From Promethearchaeia archaeon (GTDB taxonomy: Archaea; Asgardarchaeota; Lokiarchaeia; Sigyniarchaeales; SOKP01), in contig JAHQWK010000020.1 of the NCBI GenBank assembly GCA_029856145.1, positions 1 through 64,000 of the forward strand: 64,000 bases of DNA. Reading direction: 5' to 3'. The notes under the pieces were generated by a model. That model did not search any database. It saw only the letters and a list, made by a program, of their open reading frames with translations, and was not told the DNA's origin. This document shows, in pieces, positions 58,647 through 64,000 of this stretch (its first letter is position 1; every line of letters starts with the position of its first letter). Made by a program: the position numbers and the translations under genes.

Positions 58647-59933
58647 TTAAGAATTCCTTTTTTGATAAGCTTCAATGGCAATATCAATTATTTTCGATGC
58701 AATATATCTTTTAGTATTTCTCTCAACATGAGTAATACGTTTTTTTTTATCTATAATAAATACCTCATTATACTTACTGCTAAAACCAATATCTTCTCTT
58801 CCAATATCATTTGCCACAATTAAATCAACCTCAGATTTAAGGAGTCTATTATAGGCACGTTCTATTAATTCACTTTTAGAAACATTTGTTTCTGCTTTAA
58901 ATGCTACAATAAATAAGTTATAATCTTTTTTCCTTGCAACATTTATTATTTTTGGTGTTAACTTCATATTAACTTGTAGTTCTTCTACATTATCGGAAGA
59001 TATTTTTCCCTCAATATATTCAATTGGTTTATAATCACTTACAGCAGCTGCTGAAATGAAAAAATCATAATTATTTAATGAGATTTCATCTTTAACTGCT
59101 TTTATAAAATCGTCTGTTGAAATAACGTGTCTAGTTTTTATATAATTTGGAAGTTTTACCATACATTCACCAGCAATTAACATTACATCAGCTCCTCTAG
59201 CAGAAGCTTCTTTGGTTAATTCTACACCCATTCTTCCTGATGATTTATTTGAAACGAATCGAACTGAATCTATTGCTTCTCTTGTTGGACCCGCGGTAAT
59301 AAGTATTTTCTTTCCTTCTAAATCTTTCTCAGTAACTAATAAATCTATAACCCTATCAATTATGTCATCAATTTTAGCAATCTTAGCTTTACCTTCTGAA
59401 ATTCTAGGACCTAAAATTTCAACACCATATTCACGCAATTGTCTTTCATTTTTTTCTAAAATAGGGTGTTTGTACATGCTCTCATGCATTGCAGGTACGA
59501 TTACTAGAGGTAAGGACGACCCAAATGCCGTTGATGCGACCGTTGTAACAGGTGTATCGTCAACCCCACAAGCTATTTTTGAAATTGTATTTGCCGTAGC
59601 AGGACATATTAATACTAAATCAGCCTTTCCAACACTTCTTGGTCTATCACCTGCTAGATAAACATGTTCAACAGCACCTGTCAATTTTGTGATTACTTTA
59701 TTTCCTGTAGCCCATTCCATTAAAGCGGGATTCATCAATTCTGTAGCTGCTTTAGACATTACACAGATGACTTCGGCACCTAATCTCATAAGTTCTCGGG
59801 CTACTATGGGAGAAGAAATTACAGCTACTGACCCAGTTAGACACATACAAATTGTTTTTCCTCTAAGGATTGTTCCCTTACTTTCAGCAATATCCTTTGA
59901 GGGGTGTTGAAAATTATTTTTTGTCATATTCAA
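58647..59933 (-). CDS. coaBC: Bifunctional phosphopantothenoylcysteine decarboxylase/synthetase (archaeal type)
   Basis: TGSVA, PATANTISK, PAMHESMY, TAGPTRE.ID.VRFVSNKSSGRMG, AAVSDY and FKAET. Confidence 0.96.
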   Translation of the reverse strand: MNMTKNNFQHPSKDIAESKGTILRGKTICMCLTGSVAVISSPIVARELMRLGAEVICVMSKAATELMNPALMEWATGNKVITKLTGAVEHVYLAGDRPRSVGKADLVLICPATANTISKIACGVDDTPVTTVASTAFGSSLPLVIVPAMHESMYKHPILEKNERQLREYGVEILGPRISEGKAKIAKIDDIIDRVIDLLVTEKDLEGKKILITAGPTREAIDSVRFVSNKSSGRMGVELTKEASARGADVMLIAGECMVKLPNYIKTRHVISTDDFIKAVKDEISLNNYDFFISAAAVSDYKPIEYIEGKISSDNVEELQVNMKLTPKIINVARKKDYNLFIVAFKAETNVSKSELIERAYNRLLKSEVDLIVANDIGREDIGFSSKYNEVFIIDKKKRITHVERNTKRYIASKIIDIAIEAYQKRNS

Positions 59934-60188
59934 ATAATTATTATTTACTAATTTTCAATTAAACTTTCAGATTCTATGTAAATAAAATTTATGCTTTAAT
60001 AAAAAAAATTATGATACAATTATTACTATTCTCTTGAAAATTCAATTTCAATTTTACAATAAAGTGGAAATAATGACTGTTTTTTACTAATTCTTACAAT
60101 TTTCTATAATCCTATTTTTTATTTATGATTTTAAATAAGTTAATCGAAATATTATTACAAGTTTCTTCAACTAAATTAATTAAAAAAT

Positions 60189-61379
60189 ATGAATAAAATC
60201 TGTGATTTACATATCCATAGTAAATTTTCAGGAGGAGCAAGCAAAAATATTGATGTTTATAAAATTGCCTTTAATTGCAATATGAAAGGAATTCAATTAG
60301 TAGGAACTGGAGACTGTCTCCACCCATTATGGTTAATTGAATTAAAGAATAATTTAATTGAATATTCAAATGGAATATACTGTACTCCAAAAATACCAAA
60401 TGTGAATTTTATATTACAAACAGAAATTGAAGCAACTTGGAAAAATAATTCAAACGTCAAAAAGGTACATTTCGTCCTTCTTTTTCCAAATTTTGAAAAA
60501 TTAGATGAATCTATTAAGTTTCTATCCAAATTTGGTAATTTAGCAAAAGATGGTAGACCAAAGATCTATAAATCTGCAGAGAGTCTTATTTTTGGATTAA
60601 AATCAATTGATGAGGATATTGAGATAATTCCTGCTCATATATTTACTCCTTATTTTGGTATATTTGGCGATAAACCTCATTTCAATACTATGAAAGAAGC
60701 TTTGGGTTATGGAATGAATTATATTAATTGTATTGAAACGGGATTAAGTGTCGATCCCTTAATGGTGAGAAGTATTTCAGAATTAAATAAAGTGTCAATT
60801 ATATCTAATTCTGATTGTCATTCTACAAATTTTCATAGATTAGGAAGAGAAGCTACAACGATTAAGCTTAATAAATTAAATTACCATAATCTTGTAGATT
60901 CAATTAAAAGAAACAAAATTATTAAGACTTACGAGTTTAAACCATCACAGGGGAAATATTACTATGATGGTCACAGACCAGAACGACATTTTGATAATAA
61001 AGATTATTATTGTAGCCCAAAACTTAATATTGACATTTGTCCTTATTGTAAAAAAAAATTAACAAAAGGGGTATTAGCTCGAGTCCAAGATTTAAGCGAT
61101 CAAATAAATCCTTTCAAACTAAATTTTCAATATATTGTCCCAATATTGCACCTAATTTCAGTTGTATTAGGAGGATCTGAATATGATAGAAGAAACTTAT
61201 CGATATACCAAAAATTAATTGAAAATAATGATGGTGAATATGCTATATGGGAAGGTAAAAGTAATTTTGATAATATACCTGAAAATTTAATTGAAGCAAT
61301 TCATAAAATTAGGAATGGAAAATTCTGGTTTATACCCGGTCATGACGCTGTTTATGGAAAATTACAATTTGAAAATTAA
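60189..61379 (+). CDS. PHP-domain nuclease, endonuclease Q-like
   Basis: DLHIHSKFS, GTGDCLHP, PAHIFTP, ETGLS, SNSDCHS...RLGRE, GKYY, CPYC...KGV..RV and PGHDAVYG. Confidence 0.85.
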   Translation: MNKICDLHIHSKFSGGASKNIDVYKIAFNCNMKGIQLVGTGDCLHPLWLIELKNNLIEYSNGIYCTPKIPNVNFILQTEIEATWKNNSNVKKVHFVLLFPNFEKLDESIKFLSKFGNLAKDGRPKIYKSAESLIFGLKSIDEDIEIIPAHIFTPYFGIFGDKPHFNTMKEALGYGMNYINCIETGLSVDPLMVRSISELNKVSIISNSDCHSTNFHRLGREATTIKLNKLNYHNLVDSIKRNKIIKTYEFKPSQGKYYYDGHRPERHFDNKDYYCSPKLNIDICPYCKKKLTKGVLARVQDLSDQINPFKLNFQYIVPILHLISVVLGGSEYDRRNLSIYQKLIENNDGEYAIWEGKSNFDNIPENLIEAIHKIRNGKFWFIPGHDAVYGKLQFEN

Positions 61380-61387
61380 AGCAGTAT

Positions 61388-63742
61388 TTAATTTTTAGTG
61401 TCAATAATATTTAGTTTCAGATTTAATTTGGAACTAAAATCGCGAAATTTCTTAAAATTATCAGGTTGAAGATTTAATTTTTCCTTAAATTGAAGAATTT
61501 TAAAGAATTTTCTACCATAATATGTCTTACAAATTTCAGATATATCATAAAAAACTCTACCTTTATCATACAATCTAAAAATTTCAGAAGATTCAAACTC
61601 GTCTTTTCGAATTTCAAGAATTTTGTTAGAATATTTAAAAAAGGGTGTATGTTGCATTTTTTTCAAATCAAATATTATCGTACTTCCAAGCTTACGTGTA
61701 TTTAATAAGTCTTTAATAATAGAATGGATTTCATTTAAAAATCTTGACTTAAATTCTTTTAGATTAATATTTGGATAAAGAGATCTTTTTAATATTTCAG
61801 CATAGGGTAGATCTAATCCAGCTAATTCGCTATTTAAATTTAATAAAGTTAAAATTTGGTTTGTATTAAGATAAATATCATTTTTCAATTCTTTAAAGAT
61901 CTGATCTCTTTCATTAAAAATATAATCTAATAAAAATTTATTAAATGCTTTAATAAAGGCGTTATAATTAGGTACAAATAATCTATTTGGTTTTTTAACC
62001 ACAATTTCATTTGCTTGAAAAGGATTAATCTCTTTATTCAATACTGCCCTTATAAGTGATAATGGATAATATCCTTCAATAAATTCCATGCCTTTAGAAA
62101 TACTTTTAATAGCATCTTTAAATGAACATTTTATAATTACGTTAATTGTTTTAATGATATTACTTTCAATTTTAATGGGTGTTTTTTTACAATAACAAAG
62201 ATCAAATGGTTTTAAATCATGAAACAATGGATTATTGTAATCAGGAATAATTATTTGAGCCCCGTAAGCATTAACGAGACTGCCTTGAATTGGCCTATTT
62301 GCTAGATCCCATTCAATAACCATTACATCTTCTGAATCTTTATGAACTTTATCATAACTATATTCTATATTTTCACTTTGTAATGATAAACCATCAATTG
62401 ATCTTATTTCATAATCATTAATTTCTCCCCAGAATTGTTGCCTATAATAATATACGTCTTGAAAACTACTAAGATCATCTAAAAATAATTCTTTCATTAT
62501 AAAATAATTGATCCCTATTTCAGAAGATTTAATTGTTTGATCATTTAATCCAAAAAAGCCAATACGGGAGACTATATAATGATATACAGGATTATTTAAA
62601 TTTTTTTCATCATGTTTCACTATATATGTGTTTCTTTTTTTCCTAAACTCTCCCTTAGCTCTTATAATGTTATGTTTTTCTATTAATAACTTTAAAAAAG
62701 AAAATTTTTTGAGGTAAACTTTTCTTTCCAATTCCTTAATTTCTATTTTGTACTTCTTATATTCATCGTAATACTCTTCCTTTGGAATGTTTATGATTCG
62801 AAATTGCTTTTTCATTAACTTTAGTTTATCAATTACACAGAAATTATCGATTTCAGAATAAAAATAGTTTAATAGTTTGGTTTTTAGAGAATTTAACGAA
62901 ACCTCAGATATTAAATCCTTAAATAAAGGATTAAGCTTAACTAATTCGTCAAAATTCTTCTTTACTAGATAGAGAGAAAAATAATGATCATTAAAACTTG
63001 AACTATTTACCAAAGTTTTTAATTTATCAAAATGGGATGCTATAAACGAAATGTTTTTAAAATTCAGTATTCTATTAATAGATTCAATAATTTTAAGAAG
63101 ATTGAAAAAAGAATATTCTGGTATAATATTTAGAAATTTCTTGAATCCTTTTTCTATATAGGCATTAAATGTCAGAAAATAATTTTGTAAATCATTCTCG
63201 TACCCATTTTCTAGAAACTTAAAAAATTCTATAAATAAATTATTGTTAATGGCTGTATTCAGGTAAGTTTTAATTATATTTTCTGTTTCAAATTGATTAT
63301 TAATCGCTTTATTCATATAATTTAGAGCTTCTACACAATTATTACTTTTGAAGCAACTATTAGCTAATAGTAGAAAGTTTTTACTTTTTTTCTGTGAGCC
63401 TAAATCTTCAGAGGTTAAAAGATAACTCTTAAAATTCTCTAAAATCTTTTGAGCAAGATTATTCTTAATTATTGATAATAATTTTATTAAATGAACACAG
63501 ATTTTTTTGTTTTTTTCAGAATGAATAAGAAATGATGGACAATCATGAAAAATTTCATTATTCTTTTCATCTATAATAAGATGAAATTCACGCTCATTAT
63601 CTAATATAAGACTTCTAATTAGTATTGGATCTTCTTCAATATCAATTAAATTGATTTTATTGGAAAGAAATTTAAGTGATTTTTGATATAAATTTAAACC
63701 AAATTTATCAATTACAAGACTTGATATTGAATTATCAACCAT
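61388..63742 (-). CDS. SWIM-type Zn-finger-containing hypothetical protein
   Basis: IFHDCPSF...KICVHL (HxC...CxH variant of SWIM) followed by a long helical region. Confidence 0.65.
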   Translation of the reverse strand: MVDNSISSLVIDKFGLNLYQKSLKFLSNKINLIDIEEDPILIRSLILDNEREFHLIIDEKNNEIFHDCPSFLIHSEKNKKICVHLIKLLSIIKNNLAQKILENFKSYLLTSEDLGSQKKSKNFLLLANSCFKSNNCVEALNYMNKAINNQFETENIIKTYLNTAINNNLFIEFFKFLENGYENDLQNYFLTFNAYIEKGFKKFLNIIPEYSFFNLLKIIESINRILNFKNISFIASHFDKLKTLVNSSSFNDHYFSLYLVKKNFDELVKLNPLFKDLISEVSLNSLKTKLLNYFYSEIDNFCVIDKLKLMKKQFRIINIPKEEYYDEYKKYKIEIKELERKVYLKKFSFLKLLIEKHNIIRAKGEFRKKRNTYIVKHDEKNLNNPVYHYIVSRIGFFGLNDQTIKSSEIGINYFIMKELFLDDLSSFQDVYYYRQQFWGEINDYEIRSIDGLSLQSENIEYSYDKVHKDSEDVMVIEWDLANRPIQGSLVNAYGAQIIIPDYNNPLFHDLKPFDLCYCKKTPIKIESNIIKTINVIIKCSFKDAIKSISKGMEFIEGYYPLSLIRAVLNKEINPFQANEIVVKKPNRLFVPNYNAFIKAFNKFLLDYIFNERDQIFKELKNDIYLNTNQILTLLNLNSELAGLDLPYAEILKRSLYPNINLKEFKSRFLNEIHSIIKDLLNTRKLGSTIIFDLKKMQHTPFFKYSNKILEIRKDEFESSEIFRLYDKGRVFYDISEICKTYYGRKFFKILQFKEKLNLQPDNFKKFRDFSSKLNLKLNIIDTKN

Positions 63743-63746
63743 TTTT

Positions 63747-63998
63747 TTAAAATCTTGATTTTATTATTTCCGAAATTAATTTGGGAAATTCATTCCAATC
63801 TTTTATAGTAAGTAATTGCCCTCCTGCAACTTTTACCATTTTTTTAGCTTCTTTTAAATTGAAAGAAGCTTCAGGACATACTAATATGAAATCAACTCCT
63901 AAAGAACGCATTATTCTAAATTCTGTTATGGCTTCTTTTAGATCAAAAATTTCAGCATCAGTAAATAATACATTTAGTTTTTCACGTGAATTTGAATA
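63747..63998 (-). CDS. C-terminal end of a probable vWA-domain protein (truncated by window edge)
   Basis: Manual translation YSNSREKLNVLFTDAEIFDLKEAITEFRIMRSLGVDFILVCPEASFNLKEAKKMVKVAGGQLLTIKDWNEFPKLISEIIKSRF* fits vWA beta4(TD)-alpha-beta5...GG-beta6; stop 4 nt before the SWIM gene ATG. Confidence 0.6.
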   Translation of the reverse strand, partial: YSNSREKLNVLFTDAEIFDLKEAITEFRIMRSLGVDFILVCPEASFNLKEAKKMVKVAGGQLLTIKDWNEFPKLISEIIKSRF

Positions 63999-64000
63999 TT

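Noticed and set aside
58647-59933. CoaBC lacks the bacterial ACGD.G.G catalytic Cys motif, so possibly inactive
   Set aside because: The PRI.EGKAK clamp with PAMH is the usual archaeal variant, not a sign of decay
1-64000. CRISPR arrays, IS elements, integrase or provirus at the tRNA, rRNA
   Set aside because: No regularly spaced repeats, transposase/integrase ORFs, duplicated tRNA 3' end or extended GC-rich structural RNA seen by eye

Overview
Very AT-rich, gene-dense archaeal chromosomal segment, most consistent with Asgard archaea (Lokiarchaeia-like). It has archaeal informational genes (MCM, GINS23-like, topoisomerase VI A/B, type II MetAP, Sec61beta, intron-containing tRNA-Gln) together with eukaryotic-signature proteins (ribophorin I-like, roadblock/LC7, Rab-like GTPase, V4R/TRAPP-like pair, longin-like, membrane-anchored HEAT solenoid). 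Main blocks, in order: peptide ABC transporter (1-3.1 kb); translocon/N-glycosylation neighbourhood with a two-intron tRNA-Gln (3.4-15.2 kb); roadblock/V4R/longin-like region with trxA, hdrC and tpiA (15.4-22.6 kb); leuS; lipS2-lplA-lipS1-cofE(fbiB-type)-cofD cofactor operon (25.7-30.9 kb); a seven-gene MoxR AAA+/DUF58/DUF4350/DUF4129 cell-surface cluster headed by a 1508-aa pseudo-transglutaminase with Ig-like repeats (31.0-43.4 kb); a Pro-rich PTAP/PPxY coiled-coil Zn-ribbon protein, HDAC and Rab-like GTPase; a replication/topology cluster with an unusually long Top6B; then coaBC, an EndoQ-like nuclease, a SWIM protein and a truncated vWA gene. I saw no mobile element, CRISPR array or rRNA. 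Strongest candidates for new biology: the MoxR/pseudo-transglutaminase surface system, a possible ESCRT-I-recruiting late-domain protein, twin 30-nt non-canonical tRNA introns, the multi-insertion Top6B, and apparent ATA/ATT start codons. All family assignments come from motif recognition by eye, not database searches.
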